From: Phoronis australis
Lineage: Eukaryota > Animalia > Phoronida
Assembly: GCA_002633005.1 (NCBI GenBank)
Contig: NMRA01000207.1
Location: 55,408-119,407, forward strand
Direction: 5' to 3'
Length of the DNA stretch: 64,000 bases
Positions 1 to 13,191 of this stretch are shown here, in pieces. Position 1 is the stretch's first letter. Each line of letters starts with the position of its first letter. The position numbers and the translations under genes were made by a program. Under the pieces are notes generated by a model. That model saw nothing but the letters and a program-made list of their open reading frames with translations, was not told the origin of the DNA and did no database searches.

Positions 1-427
1 GAGTTTGCACGTGCTTTAGTCGTCTGCACTAATTCATCGAAACGACTTGGCGCCGTCATCAGATTTCATTTTATGGATAATTTTGTTGCGAATGGACCTG
101 GGTTCTAGCAGCATATATGTCAAAACACTCGAGCTGAAATTTGGCGACAAGGTGCCCGCGGCCATTACATAGTTAGTCAGTTTTCCGCGGTGTGGCGTAT
201 GGAGAAACATGGTGTCCGATATTTAGGTTCTCCGAAGGTTTGGTTGTTGTGTTTTTTGAAGATCAGTCGGAACATAAATGTGGCTTCCAGTGACAAGATA
301 TAGTAACGGAACAATTCCGTGAAGGTAAATCTTTATTTCAGCAAAGAATTTACAACAATCCGTAGTATTTTCAATTAAATATAATGCAAAATGTGCCAAA
401 ACGTCCGATAATTAGGTCACTTGACTG
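1..427. mobile_element. End of a Tc1/mariner-like element (IR/DR-type terminus), truncated by the window edge
   Basis: Reverse complement reads TA|CAGTCAAGTGACCTAATTATCGGACG (TA at 428-429, then a CAGT terminus). The motif GTCCGATAATTAGGTCAC (403-420) recurs as GTCCGATATTTAGGTTC (214-230), like the paired transposase-binding repeats of IR/DR Tc1 elements. The other end is not in the window. Confidence 0.45.
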
Positions 428-499
428 TACCTGAGAATTAATACCAGTTAGTAGTTTGTTAATAACAATGTTATATTCTGAGAAAAGTTTGGTCAGTCC

Positions 500-722
500 A
501 TGGATTATAGACAACAGATTCGCAATTCCAACATTTTCTTGTGTACTATCCTAGAGGAAGCCCCACTCTCCTTAATTAAAGTCGGGATACCTATCGTCGT
601 CAAGCTCCAATGGTCGTCCGCCATCTTCTTTTGCATGTAACGCAGCCACTCGGGACTTAGCGTTCCAATCTGGAGTGGTCGTCTGCACATTAGGTACTAA
701 CCTCTCAGGAGTAACACGCATC
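500..722 (-). pseudogene. Degenerate Tc1-like transposase N-terminal HTH remnant
   Basis: Across a frameshift, the minus strand gives ...NAKSRVAALHAKEDG / HWSLTTIGIPTLIKESGASSRIVHKKM, resembling the Tc1 paired-like HTH pattern (R.RIVALH..G.S...IA......S.VSRI..K). By-eye resemblance only. Confidence 0.3.
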
Positions 723-3188
723 GAAGAACTGAGACGAAAATCGGTGCATTTACCAACTGTCTTTTGAAACCACTTAAAAACTTGTAGATTTTACTAATGT
801 ACTTTTTTGTTCATTTTCAGAAGATATTTTGGAAATTAAATTTTCTTCAGACGGAAGAAAAAACAACCCAGGGATTGTTTATACAATGTATCTATTTGTC
901 CCAGGCCCTAACCCTTACCTGTTAGACAAATGCAACACGCTGGGTGCTTAACAGTTTCGGCTCACGCATTGGTCATCAAAATATTGTCCACTTGTTTTTT
1001 ATTACAAAACAAAGTACTGAGCTCAACATTTATGTTGAAATTTTTGGTTCAGGCATTTTGGATATTTTTGAAGAAAATTAAAAATCTTGAATTGATAGAG
1101 AGTGGCCACCAATAAAGTAAAACATTGACTTTATTTCACTATATTTCATTGTTACATACAACACAGCATGACATAATTAGAAATAAAATAAGAGATTGAG
1201 CAATAAAATTCAAATGCAACTTGGGTTTTTATTTATTTATTTATGATGGCAGAAGCCTGTTAAAGGTGGGAAAAAATCACACAATGTGACATTGGGTAAC
1301 TTATTAGAACAACTGCGTCGAGGTTCAATAATCAACTTCTGCCGACCAAGTCTCGAAGTGTTATAGTTCTGTTTTGGCTGACAAGGTGTTAACAAAGAAT
1401 GAAGAAAACTGAAAAGAAAAAGAAAGACAGCAGAGATAAGTGGTGTTAAGAACTACAAGAGCAAAAAGTCAAATAAAGAAGTCACAAATAGAAAATAAGT
1501 AAGGTCTATCTGGAATAAAACAGTTGTGATTTATTTTCCAGAACTGAAATTCCGAACCAATTTTAGTTGATTTAGAAATCGATATTATACCAGTAACACA
1601 GTTTGTGGTTGAACTAGAATTGCTGTAAACCACTTTCCACTATTTTCTTGGCCTTTTTCTGCGTGGTTTTCTGTTCTTTCAAAAGGCGGCAGCATATGAT
1701 GACCATACGAGTCATTATAAAATGGCTGCTGAAAACCAATGCACAGTTGAAACAGCTCGGCATAACTAAAAGAAAACTTTTGAATCAACGAATACTTTAT
1801 ATTTGTGAGTGTTAAATCAAATCCTATTCATAGCATAACCTTGCAGTGGAATAATTGGGTGAGTACAACAGCAAGCCGGTTTTATGCTTGGCGGACTGGG
1901 TTCCCGAGTGTACCTATTTCAGTTTCCGGTTAGTGTATTGTGACGGGAAATTCTCGCATCTTATTTTACTGTCCAGTACAACGAAAAAAAATTCATTTCG
2001 GCACTGAAACGCTGTTCAAAATCTTTCAGTAGTAGAACCGTTGGTATTGTGGGTATTTTTAGTAATGCTACTACCACCCGACCACACAACAGCTGACCAT
2101 GATTAGCAGACAACGTTCTTTTGGGAAATAACACCAGATAAGTTGATAAGGTGAATAATGATGTAATGACTTATGCGTAAGACCACAGATTTCATCCACT
2201 GAAAGCATACGGAGTTGGTGGGCCATGTGCTGTAGTCTATGGTCAGACTGAGTTGTAAGTTTTGGTTAAAAGGGACATTTAAAGGGCGGCGCAGCATTGA
2301 AATAAGTTGGGAGGTATAGCCCCTAGGCGCCCTATGGTGCTCCACCCATGCACGTTACTAAGTTCTGAGACTCTGGTCTTAGAGGTTTGCTGTTACTTGG
2401 TTTGATTGTGAAGTATTGTTTATTATCTACCATTATAGGTGATTTGGTAAAAGCGGCGTTAATGCATCCCTCTTCAAAATGGCCACCGGGAACCAGTTCC
2501 ACTGAATAACAGACATTGTCGTTATTCAGTGAAAACTGGTTCTTGCCTTCAACAAGAGCTGAAAAAAGAGGTGCCAAACCAAATTGACCTAGGGTCAATT
2601 TTTAATTTTCGTGGTCAATTCTATTAATTTCCGCACTCTATTAAATGGTTTCAAACTTCCCCGATTGAATACTTTCCCCTGATCTCCTTCGTTACATTCA
2701 TTCTTCCAATTGTTAGAAATTCTTCAGGAATTTGCTTGCATTCATTTACTCTGATGTTGGTTCTTGCTTTATATGTATGTAGTGCTTAGGGGGGAATGTT
2801 TGCCTAGATATTCAGCCAGGGCCACAATTCGTCATAAAGAATGTCCAGTATAATCGGGTTTGTTGTCTAATGTTGCCCAGAAATCACTGGTTGTCTGGAT
2901 GTACCTCGGGAGTCTCGATAAATATGACTCCATTATAAACAAAAATAACAAAATTAAAATCTAGAGGACAAGCAAAACTTTACAGTGTAAAGTGTTGCAG
3001 CTAGTCCAGTGAAATTTCAAGGTCGCAAAATGTAACAGTAGGATACACAGGTTGAAATTCCATGTCTAGATTTGTATGCACATTCTGAAGACTAAGCTGG
3101 TCAAGTTTAATTAATGAAACAATAACGCTTTGCCAACAACCGAGTGTTTATTTTAAGACCATGTTTGTTTTCAGCTGAATGACGAAGG

Positions 3189-3222
3189 ATGGCTTATGAT
3201 CACTTCCAGCGACATCTTAGTG
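3189..3222 (+). CDS. UBAP1: UBAP1 coding exon 1 (MAYDHFQRHLS)
   Basis: Acceptor tttcag at 3174, ATG at 3189, phase-1 donor G|gtacgt at 3223. Confidence 0.75.
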
Positions 3223-6200
3223 GTACGTAAGTTAAAAGCATCTGCTACCTGTTAACGTGTACTCCGCACTACATTAGTTACAGGATAGGTGAATATGTGA
3301 ATCACCATCTTGTCTCCTTAGATTAAAATATGTAAATAATGCTCGTTTTTCCTTTTCAATTTTCTGTTGTGTTACAATCAAAAGTTGACAGTTTGCAGAA
3401 CTATCTGAGTCTTGGGTTTTATCTTCAGTCATTTAAAAATTTTCACCTTTTATTCCAAGGTTTTTAGAACACCATATTTTCTCAATCTTTGAAGTTACTT
3501 AAACTGGTAGGACACCAGAAAAGTGTTCAAATTGAGCTGCCTTTGGAACACTTTTCAAAAATCGTTGCCTGGATTGGTATGAAACCAGATACCAGTGTTC
3601 TCCAGAGCTTTCTGTGACTACGTAATTAGTAGTCATGCTAACGAATGTTAATTTAGGAGCGACAGGTTTGGCTACCTTACGTCATGCTCATGCTTGTATC
3701 ATACTGTTTTATGCACTCTTCTCCAGAACGCTGTTGGGAGTTGTTTTTGAAATGACATAAGGTACTACTACAAAAAGGACTTTTTTGATTTTCATCAGAG
3801 ATAAAAAAGATAATTTAGATAACCATTGGTCAAGTTTGCATACTGGTGTGTTTAGAATTGTTTTTTGACCATCATTTAGTAGCCATTCTCGAAATGTTAA
3901 AATTTCCATATCTTATCTTACAAACTCAAAATTAGTTTTAAAGCCTACCTTGAATGATGAGTCATGTGAATTTTGTTGCTACAGTATGTTTTGAGCATCA
4001 CTTTAGCCACACCGTCAATGCCATCTATCACCAAATGTAATGAACAGTTTGAAAAGGCATATTGACTTTGTCTATGTCACCATGATTATCCGATGTTGTC
4101 ACCACGATTATCCGATATTGTGTTCAGATGCCTATGCAATCTGCTTTTGTATTCTCAGGGTGACACAATATGGCACTAAAGAGCTTCCTACTTTTTGTAT
4201 TAACAAACCATGAGCCTACATTTGAATTATGTTGCAGTTTGCTGGGACTAGCTGTGTGGCTTCTTAATCTAATCTTGACAATAAACCATTCAAAGAAGAC
4301 TATTTTGTCACTTGAAACTTGGGTATTTATGTGTTTTGCCACAGTTTCATCCAACCGTTGTTCTTTTCCGTTTTTAGTACACGGCCACTCTTACGTAGAC
4401 GGTGTTCCATTCAAGATTACAGATGTCTTTCTGCCACCTCCAGATGTAAGTACTAGTATACATTGACGAAATCTATGTTCTGTGCAACCTCTCAGGGCAT
4501 GGCAAAATTGTCGGAACGCATTCGAAATCCCTATCACTACTTTGAAGCTCGTGATGTTAGGCCCTACAATCAGTATGTACTGAATGGGCCACAAAAATGT
4601 CTTTCATCAGAAAAACATTTTTGTTTAGACAACTTACCATTATGAAGTAGTTCTCAGATTGTTGCTCAGTCAAAATAGTTGTGATTTCTGGGATTGGAAA
4701 TAACTACTAGTTGGTTATTGCTTTCAATGAGGCTCTTCAAGTTGACTTGTCACTCCATGTTTTTATTGGCTGGGCATTGTCTCAAGGAATAACTCACTGT
4801 CATTTGTTTGTAAGATCTAAATGCATTTCTCACCTGAGTAAGAAACATGTTGAGAACAGTTTCATAGTGATAAGCGGTTTCACTCTTAATTGTTATTTCT
4901 TTTGTTAAGCGTTGTTGCCACGTATGTACTTTTGCAAATCAGTTACCGGTTTTGTTCATGACACTAATTTTATGGTGACTGAGTTGTATGCAGGAGTCGG
5001 TCTTACAATGGAGTTAAGCAACAACTGCAGTCTCAGCACACACATTCACCTCACATTCCACTAAACAACCTACCTGATTGCTAGGATTTTGCGATTTGGA
5101 AAGGCAATTGTTTTCACTGGATTTTGGTTGAGTAACCTTGAAAGCGGATTGGTTGCCACTCTTTAATCAATGATCTAATAATCAAAACAAAGTTACGGTG
5201 TTTATTTCTATCGGCAGGTTCTATTGCCTCATGGGTTTGCATTGCCCAGCCAGACAGCATCTCTTGTGTTCATGGTAAGTTAGCATTTCATTACAGAACC
5301 TTCTCATCTTTGCCAGTTTTCTGCATCGTGCTTCTGTATCAGCTTTCACTGAGCTAGTAAAATGAGCAACACAGACTGTTCAGTAGTGTCGGTCGTTATG
5401 TTTCTCAATGGAAGTGACTATAGAAGAAGGAAGTTGTTAGTTTAGTTGGCCATGTTGTTTTACTGTTGTCGCACATGTGGTTAGTGAGTGCCAAAGAATG
5501 ACAACAAAGTGTATAATGTGACTGTAACGTAACCAGGATTTGTAGTTTTGTAAAAGTGTAATGTCATGTGTCTCGGTTTCCCTTCAAAAAAATTACACTC
5601 CATAGGGATTAGACGATTCCATTTTTTCTGACTTGTGGTTTGTGTTAAGAGTGAGGTCAAGTAAATTAGCAATAGAGGTTCCCCCTAGCATTGAACTACC
5701 GAATGTGAAATACAGTTTCTCTGTCATGATGGCTAATTTTGGTAACAACAAAAATAATGCCTGTGGTTGTTATGGCACCAACGTTTTAATTACAGAGTGG
5801 CTTAGCCACGTTGAAGTTCCTATTAACTCCCCTTCATTCTCAGCCACCAGGGGAGACTACTTTGACAATGAATTGGGCTTCCACATAGCCGTCATGACAG
5901 GGATTTGTGGGTCATTTTATCAGAATACTTTTATGGTCACTGTGTTTAGTTATCCACTACTCTGTTGTTTCAGTATGACTTTAGTCTGGAGACTCAAGTG
6001 CTAGAGTGGGCCGAGGCTTTAGAGAAGGCTAAACGGGATCAGGAAGAGGCAGTCAGCTCTACTGGACCCTTGTCCAGTGGGAGCAGCAGTGGTCAAGAAT
6101 CAGATTTAGAGGAAGATTCACCGTCTCGCGGCGACACAACATTCGACACACCAGTTCGTAATGACTACACTGCGAATACCCAGGGTATCGTAGGAAGCGC

Positions 6201-9200
6201 ATCGCATATCCAAGGTGTCACACAAAATGCTTCGAGTACACATAGTGTCAGAGGGAATGCTACGCAACAGCCCTTGATTAATTTCAGTGCCAATTCCATA
6301 TTGACGCCTATTAAAGCTTCAAATGCATCTGCAGTACATAATTCACCAACGGCTGTTGGTCAGGGCACCAATAGCACCGCAATTGACTACACGCTGTTTG
6401 AGAACGAGGCTGATCCGTTTGAGACAGCAGAACTTAATACTATTGATGAATTAGCTGAACTGAAGCACGTTCTTCAGCCACAGACTTTACTACAAAGTAG
6501 TAGTAACTCGGCTCAACCGGACGGTGCAGATAATGCCATTCTGAACACAGGTGGCGCTGTATCCCTGCAGATGAAGGACCGTTGTGTGACTTTTAATAAC
6601 AATTCGCGTAGTACGCATTCTCTTGTCAGTGACTTAGCAAATAATCAGATTCCGAATGGTAATCCCCCTTTAACCAAACCCATACCAGCACCGCGTAAAG
6701 CACAGCTGCCTCCCATACCAGCAAGCAGATCTCTTGCCAGTGGCCAGCCCAGGGTGAAAAATCCAGCAAAATCGCATTTTAAGTCGTCGTCAAAACCTGT
6801 GAATGAACATCCACCAATGCCACCGTCTTACGAAAGTCTCGTGAATGGAGGCAACATGTCGTCCCACAGTGGTGACGTACCCCAGAGGGAACGAAACATT
6901 TACAGTCGGCATTGTGACGAAAGTTTGTCCCCACGGAATGGGCTAGCCCCTCTGGATAACCATTCGGTACCCTGCATGACTAATCCTCCTCCCTATAGTG
7001 AAGAACCTGACCATTTTTTGAACTCCTCGACGCCGACAACGAATTTTGGGATTCCTTTGCCTGGACTGGTGAACATGGCGAACTTGCCAATGCGACGTTC
7101 CTCCGATCAGGTTTGTTTACTTGAATTTGAAAACATTTTGCTGTTGTAGCACTGCGTGGCTTAGTTGGCATGAGGCAAATCCCAAGTTTCGAGAAATGAG
7201 GGAAGCAATCATTGTTTCTGAATTCCCGTTAAGCACGTCAAAGATGGAATTTTGTATGGCACAATTTTAACACTGCAAATATTTCATAAGTAGCAGGATA
7301 TGTGTTGTAACTACATCTTTTGATTTGATCTGTATTATATGGATTGGTCTTGGGTGTTTAGAAATACTGGATCTGTATTATATGGATTGATCTTGGGTGT
7401 TTAGAAATACCTTCTCCTTCCTGTTGGTACAACGCCATCTCTAGACAAGTAAGGTTTTGTTTTACAAACTTGTCGAAACAGCTGGGATCTGCCTCTAGTA
7501 TAGTGTGTCATCATTTTTGCGTGCTTTTGAAGCGCATCCGGTAATTCCACAATTTCGAAATTTTAGAAATTAAAATGGCTTTAAAAGTGTTACCCGTGTT
7601 GTCCAACTTTAAAAAAATTGTATTAGGGAATTTTGACCTATTAAGTTGGAAGTTTTTTCTCACTACGCCATCTGGTGGTGACATATCACAAAATGGACTA
7701 GATTATCAAGACAAAGGAACTTTTGTAGTTTCCATTGATACCGGTCACTGAAGTGTGACAGTTTAATAAAAAAACGACAATCACATGAGAAGAGGATTGA
7801 CTAAATATCGACCGCAGTCTACGTACCGCAGACTTATAGTGAAAATTTCATTTTGCCTGAAATTAATTCATTTCAAGGCCTTGCAAAAATGTGTGACATG
7901 ACTCCCATGTTGCAACACCTTTACGATGTGATAAGTTATGGAAGTCTCATTGCGCAATTATCCAACAGTTAGTATTGTATAAGCTAAGATGACAACATGT
8001 TTGTCTTAATACATAACTAAACTACTGTTCCTGTGTTTTCAGTCTTAATTCGGTGAACACCAAATCTCTAATACTTTACCTCTGCCTGTTTTGTACAGTT
8101 GTAATGCTAATAGTTGCTTTAAAGCACTTTTCCTGACAAGCTTCCACTACTTATTGTTAACAATTTTGACTCTGTCGAACTTTGTTAGTATTATTTATCT
8201 TTTTGCATTTGTTTTATTTTGCAGTCAACTTCTGAGGTAAATTTGTCACATTTCTTCACCCATTCTGTTCTGTTGCACAGTAACCTGATGCCATTTTTTA
8301 TTTCTGAAGATAGCGGTTATCTCAGATTCCTAGTTGCATATTTTAACTCTAACATATGTTACTTGTAATAGTGACTTTTATGAGCACGATACAAATATCA
8401 CACAAAACAACGTTTATTAAAGTCAACGAAAATTTGCCTGGTCGTTAGCAAAAAAGTCTGTAAGTTGTAATTTGAAACTGAGACACGTAGCTGTATGCCT
8501 CACCCTCATTGCTCGTTTGTTTACATATGCCGAAAATAATTTATAATTATTTATTTTCAACAGTTAACTAATTCTGTTTCGGTGTTTTAATTGTGGGGTT
8601 CACACGAGTTGACTTTGTTGTTACCAGTTATGGATGGAAATCTACCAAACTCTACTTGACTCGTATGAGTTGGAATAATCAAGTTAAGACTAAGTGAGTG
8701 GACCAACATCTCAATTCGCATTGCCAAATTTCTAGTCACAAATGTGACCTTCACCTCATTATGAGTGTCATTCTACTGTGTAATTTTTTCCATGAAAATT
8801 ATGCTGGTCCACTTTATGTATTTTCCGCGTTCGCATTTTGTACCATAGTTATCACAAGACAAACTTCTGAAAACGTGCGGGCATTCCCATCTATGTTAGA
8901 TACCCTTGAAAAAACTGAAAATGGTCGTCTTTTGGTCTGACATTATTTTGTCCCAAACTAGTGACATTTTACCGTTGTCCAATTTTGCACACGTCCCATG
9001 TGAGCCTGGTGTACAGATTGTACTGGAAGGGGTATTTCGTAATTACTCTGGTTAGATGTGGGCGAACCGTTGAGAGCTGTCTTAAACTGTTATGTTATTT
9101 TACCTACCACATGAAGAGGCAGTGACTCATTTCTGCCTTTCTCTGCCCTCTTTATTTTGAGCTTTCTGTCCTTCCATCTTGCATGAAAGTCTAATTACCC

Positions 9201-12200
9201 GTTTTGCTTTGAGATGCATGGCCCCAAAGAACTGACTGCTTGACTGATTTTAACTGATGAATAAATAATGTAATGGCTTATTGTCAAAAGGTCATTCATG
9301 GAGCTTCTTTGATCTTACTCTCTTTTGTTTATGTTCTTCCTTGGTTATGTTTAACTTTCATTAAGTGTATTGTCCTGGGTAGTCTAGTCAGTTCTGTTGG
9401 GGTTATCCTCATTTTCCCTCTCCATGGTGTTGAATGCTTCAACTAATACTGTACCTTCTAACCTTGCTGCATTTCTCCCCCACACCTCTCTCCTGTTAAT
9501 GGTTCATATTCCCACTCGTCCATAATTCCATGCACTTGATTTGTCATTTCTTTTGGGAAAGTTGTATTTGTGGTAGTCTGTGTTCGCTGAATCGTTCGTC
9601 ATCCAGAACACCTCTGGCATTGTGTGTGTATAAACATGTAACTTAAGCGAAGTCTCGAGCAAATTAGCAGAGAATTCCGAGATTGCTCAACAGTGGTTTC
9701 TTCATTTCCTGGTCAACTGTTTATGCTAAAACAAGTGATATTCCAACCAGTTTTCACAGGGTTTGCAAGAAGATTAATTTTTTTCCATTTTGAGAGTGAC
9801 ATGACTAGATAGATCTGTAAAGTTAAACATGCACAGTTATGGTAAATGTACACCTCTGAAGGGAAATGGGAGGTATTTTGGGTGATTGTGTGTCTGCATG
9901 TGTTCAACTTATTTCTGTACATGAGTGTTAAGATTCAGAATTATCAAGGCTGTAGTAATTGAATAGTTTAAGATTGAAGTGATAGCAATCAATATCATGG
10001 GATTTTGTGGGGTAAAATGACGTTCAGGGAAATCCCGTCATTGATTAACAAGCAACACCGACTACTACTGCCCTCTAGCCATTGAGGGAGTAACTTCACT
10101 GTTGCACTGAAGGTCAGCAAAATAGATACTTCGAAAACAGGACTGCGTTGACAGTTCTCAAAGCTGACCAAATCAGCTGAAACAATTGATAATATTCACA
10201 CCTGCAATTGTGATTGCATGTACTTAAAAATATTTTATGAAACGTTACAGCCCATTTCATTTTAAAATGGCTTCTTTCAGTTGCATAGCTCCCGTATGTA
10301 AATGCACGCGTGTGTGAAGGTCAATGTGACATGGCTGATGAAGTTGAATTGACTTTAACTGATTACCACTGGTCGACCTTTTCTCATGTTTTGTGCCCAG
10401 TTACATATTTATACATTTTACTCACAAAACTGTTGATCACATTACCGTGTGGTCAATGCATACCAGCCAACCACTCACCATACTCATGTTCGCAAACGCT
10501 TAAGGCTGCATTCTGCCCAGTTTAGGTGGCTCAAAGCAAAAATCAAATTTGACCACCCAGTAATTATTTTCATGAAGTCGATTGCTTAATATTCCTTACC
10601 ATGATGAGATTCTGTTTCCATTAACAACAACAACATCTTCACCGTCAATGACTCAATAAATGGCTTCAGAGTTCACAGCAGTTGGCTAACTCTAAAAATG
10701 CGAATTTGAAAACGGTGCATGTACGCATCGCCGGCGTGACTTGAGTTCATAACAGAGTGGAGTCTTATCACAATAAGGAATATTATGGGATTGTTATTTT
10801 TTGAGAGTAAATGGCCTTTTGTCATTTCTGAAGTCGAAATGCAACTTCAAGAAACCATATTGCAAAGCTTAGAAAGCTTTAGTGTGTAATTGGACTCAGA
10901 AGATGTGATATTTTCTTGACCAAGGACATTTGACAAACACCAATTCAAGTGCCATGTTGTACAGGCTTACATTTGACAAACACCAATTCAAGTGCCATGT
11001 TGTACAGGCTTAATTAAATCCTGTACACATTTTTTTTTACGTTGCGTTTAAAATCTACTACTTGACTGGTTGTTTTTGACTCCTTTTCCCTCCTTTTCGC
11101 AGACATGGAATAGGTACACCCCTTTGCCCCCTACTCCAACAATGGATTCGTCCTCTTCCCCGGGTCCCTATGATGCCCTTACTACAGAGCAGCAACGTTA
11201 CGTCAACAGCATGACGGGCATGGGCTTCCCTCAGGACTCTGTGGTCAGACTAGTCGAGAAGTTTGGAGCTGAGCAGAAAGTGAGTTACGGAATTTAGAAC
11301 CTATTTTTCAAGTTTTGTCGCTCAAGGCATTGGTGTTTTGAATATTATTGAATATTAAGTGAAGGGTACAAGAGGGCTGGATGAGTTATACTGATTATTC
11401 GATCAGTGGCAAATTAATTTGTTTTCCTGCGTCGTTTGTTATGAATATTTAGTGGAGACTGCTTGTGTATTGATCAAGTTGACCTCAATATTCAGCTTGC
11501 ACCCCAGGTCTTATTGTATTGTACTCGAAAACGAACTCAAAATTATATTTTGACATTTCATTTTTTGTATGAACTCAAGATCTGACTGTGTGTCTTTAAT
11601 GTTGCACTGGTACACATAATGGGTTACATTGATGATGGTCTATCACTAGTTTCCACTTGATGACCCCACCATTAAAGCTGAAGTTGAAGTCTCAACATGA
11701 GATTAAGAATTTTTGTAGATTAAATGTAGAGTTCATCACGTGCGAACTTGAAATAGACAGTCGTCTGCCTGAGCCGTAAATATATCATAGCACAGAATAA
11801 AAGCTTTCAGTAGTGAAGTATGGCGTTACACTAGCGGGATATTTAGTTGCACAATTGAGATATTTCATTGTACTAGCGAGATATTGCATTGTGCTAGCAA
11901 GGTATTGCATTGCACTAGAGCGATTTTGCATTTCACTAGTGCGATTTTGCATTACACTACTGAATTATTCCATTTCACTGGTGAGATATTGCATTACACT
12001 AGTGAGATATTATTTTTATAGACCTGTGTAATGACACTTACACCATAAGACTTTACATCGTTGTTTATTGCATTTCACAAGTAAGATGTTGCATTACACT
12101 TATGGTTTCTTGTATGATCTTTGTTAAGCTGGCTAGATAGTTGTCTTTATTGAATGCTCTGCTGATATTTACCAGGTTGTGACACCAGGGGTCACTGCTT

Positions 12201-13191
12201 GTGTTTGCATATTGTAGGTACTTGACGTGCTGTGCATGATCAATCAGATTTCAGAAGCAGGTTATAGAAGAGGTGACGTGGAGACTGCACTGCTCCTGTT
12301 GGACTGTGATGAAACCAAGGTAATGAGGCATATAGTTACTTGCAGACATTTACCGCTTCTCCATCCTGACAACAGGAGGCGCCATACAACCAGGGGTCTG
12401 TTTCATGCAAATTGAGTCATGAATTGAGCCAGAATCTCCATCGTGTTCTCCTTACAACTATTTGTGAAAAGTGATCAAACCTCATCTTGACAGGAAATGG
12501 TTCTCTGAAAATATACCCTTAGCTAGGAGTTACTCCGATATTTTTCATAAAGTATCTTTAAACTTTGTTGTGCTAACAATTACACTGCAAAACTTTATTC
12601 AGTAATTGTGAAGTGGAGTGTAAGTCAAAATTTGTGATGATGTCAATTTTCAGGATGATGTTGCCCATTTGTGTAGTTGCATGTGTGTCGACTGTCCTGG
12701 TTTTGGGCCAAAATAAGTATTACAACTTAGGTAACAAATGCTTTGGCACCAATCGATGTCATGTTTACAATAGGTACACATGTCGTGGACTCATGTGTAC
12801 GCTAAATATGACATTGATTGTTGCCAATGAAGTCACTTGCTATGTACCATCGTCGTCTTGCAATGCGCGTAAAAATCAAGCATGCGACATTCGTTATATG
12901 AGTATAACAGCAACACACAGAAGCTTGGTTGCTCACTTCACTTGCATTCAAAATCGTCGGTAGCAAGTGTGTGGTTGGAGGTCGTGCTTCGTGGCAAGTT
13001 TGTGTCACCCCTTGAGTGTACAGAATGTAACTCTACACTATAGCTGTGCTGTCTCGTTTTTACAGACCACTCACTATCTTGAAGCGCTGGTGCAACTGAG
13101 AAATATGGGCTTTCAAGACAACAAAATCACCGAGGCTCTGGTTGAGTCAGACTTAGATGTTGACCAGGCACTGGACTATCTTACTGCTTAG
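3189..13191 (+). CDS. UBAP1: Ubiquitin-associated protein 1 (ESCRT-I subunit; N-terminal UMA domain, C-terminal SOUBA/UBA repeats), spliced gene, ~570 aa
   Basis: Exons 3189-3222, 4378-4445, 5218-5274, 5974-7110, (8225-8236), 11103-11279, 12218-12319, 13066-13191; all GT-AG and phase-compatible. Spliced N-terminus MAYDHFQRHLSVHGHSYVDGVPFKITDVFLPPPDVLLPHGFALPSQTASLVFMYDFSLETQVLEWAE matches the UBAP1 UMA motif (SYLDDVPFK...VGLP.GF.LP...YDFSLEK..IEWAE). The central FENEADPFETAELNTIDELAELKHVL motif and three C-terminal UBA-like units (MGF, GY, MGF) also match. Confidence 0.93.
4378..4445 (+). CDS. UBAP1: UBAP1 exon (UMA domain, HGHSYVDGVPFKITDVFLPPPD)
   Basis: ttttag acceptor, gtaagt donor, UMA motif. 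Confidence 0.9.
5218..5274 (+). CDS. UBAP1: UBAP1 exon (VLLPHGFALPSQTASLVFM)
   Basis: cag acceptor, gtaagt donor, 57 nt in frame. Confidence 0.88.
5974..7110 (+). CDS. UBAP1: UBAP1 large central exon (YDFSLE... to ...RRSSDQ)
   Basis: Inside ORF 5965-7149; tttcag acceptor, cag|gtttgt donor; 379 codons. Confidence 0.92.
7327..7410. repeat. Short tandem duplication (~43 bp x2)
   Basis: GATCTGTATTATATGGATTG(G/A)TCTTGGGTGTTTAGAAATAC occurs twice in tandem. Confidence 0.8.
8225..8236 (+). CDS. UBAP1: Candidate 12-nt microexon of UBAP1 (STSE)
   Basis: Long U-rich tract, ttttgcag|TCAACTTCTGAG|gtaaat; frame-preserving, phase 0/0 like the flanking exons. Confidence 0.55.
10926..11011. repeat. Short tandem duplication (43 bp x2)
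   Basis: ACATTTGACAAACACCAATTCAAGTGCCATGTTGTACAGGCTT occurs twice. Confidence 0.85.
11103..11279 (+). CDS. UBAP1: UBAP1 exon (first UBA unit, ...MTGMGFPQDSVVRLVEKFGAEQK)
   Basis: Pyrimidine tract plus cag, gtgagt donor, 59 codons. Confidence 0.9.
11825..12012. repeat. Degenerate 21-bp minisatellite
   Basis: Approximately CACTAGTGAGATATTGCATTA units; gives the heptad-periodic ORF 11813-12031. Confidence 0.75.
12218..12319 (+). CDS. UBAP1: UBAP1 exon (second UBA unit)
   Basis: tag acceptor, gtaatg donor; VLDVLCMINQISEAGYRRGDVETALLLLDCDETK. Confidence 0.88.
13066..13191 (+). CDS. UBAP1: UBAP1 last coding exon (third UBA unit, stop TAG)
   Basis: TTHYLEALVQLRNMGFQDNKITEALVESDLDVDQALDYLTA*, a typical UBA MGF motif. 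Confidence 0.9.
   Translation, partial: TTHYLEALVQLRNMGFQDNKITEALVESDLDVDQALDYLTA

Noticed and set aside
10281-10293. Second possible UBAP1 microexon (cttctttcag|TTGCATAGCTCCC|gtatgt)
   Set aside because: 13 nt, would shift the frame; no other support.
11813-12031. Heptad-periodic hydrophobic ORF (LARYCIV repeats)
   Set aside because: Translation of a degenerate 21-bp intronic minisatellite.
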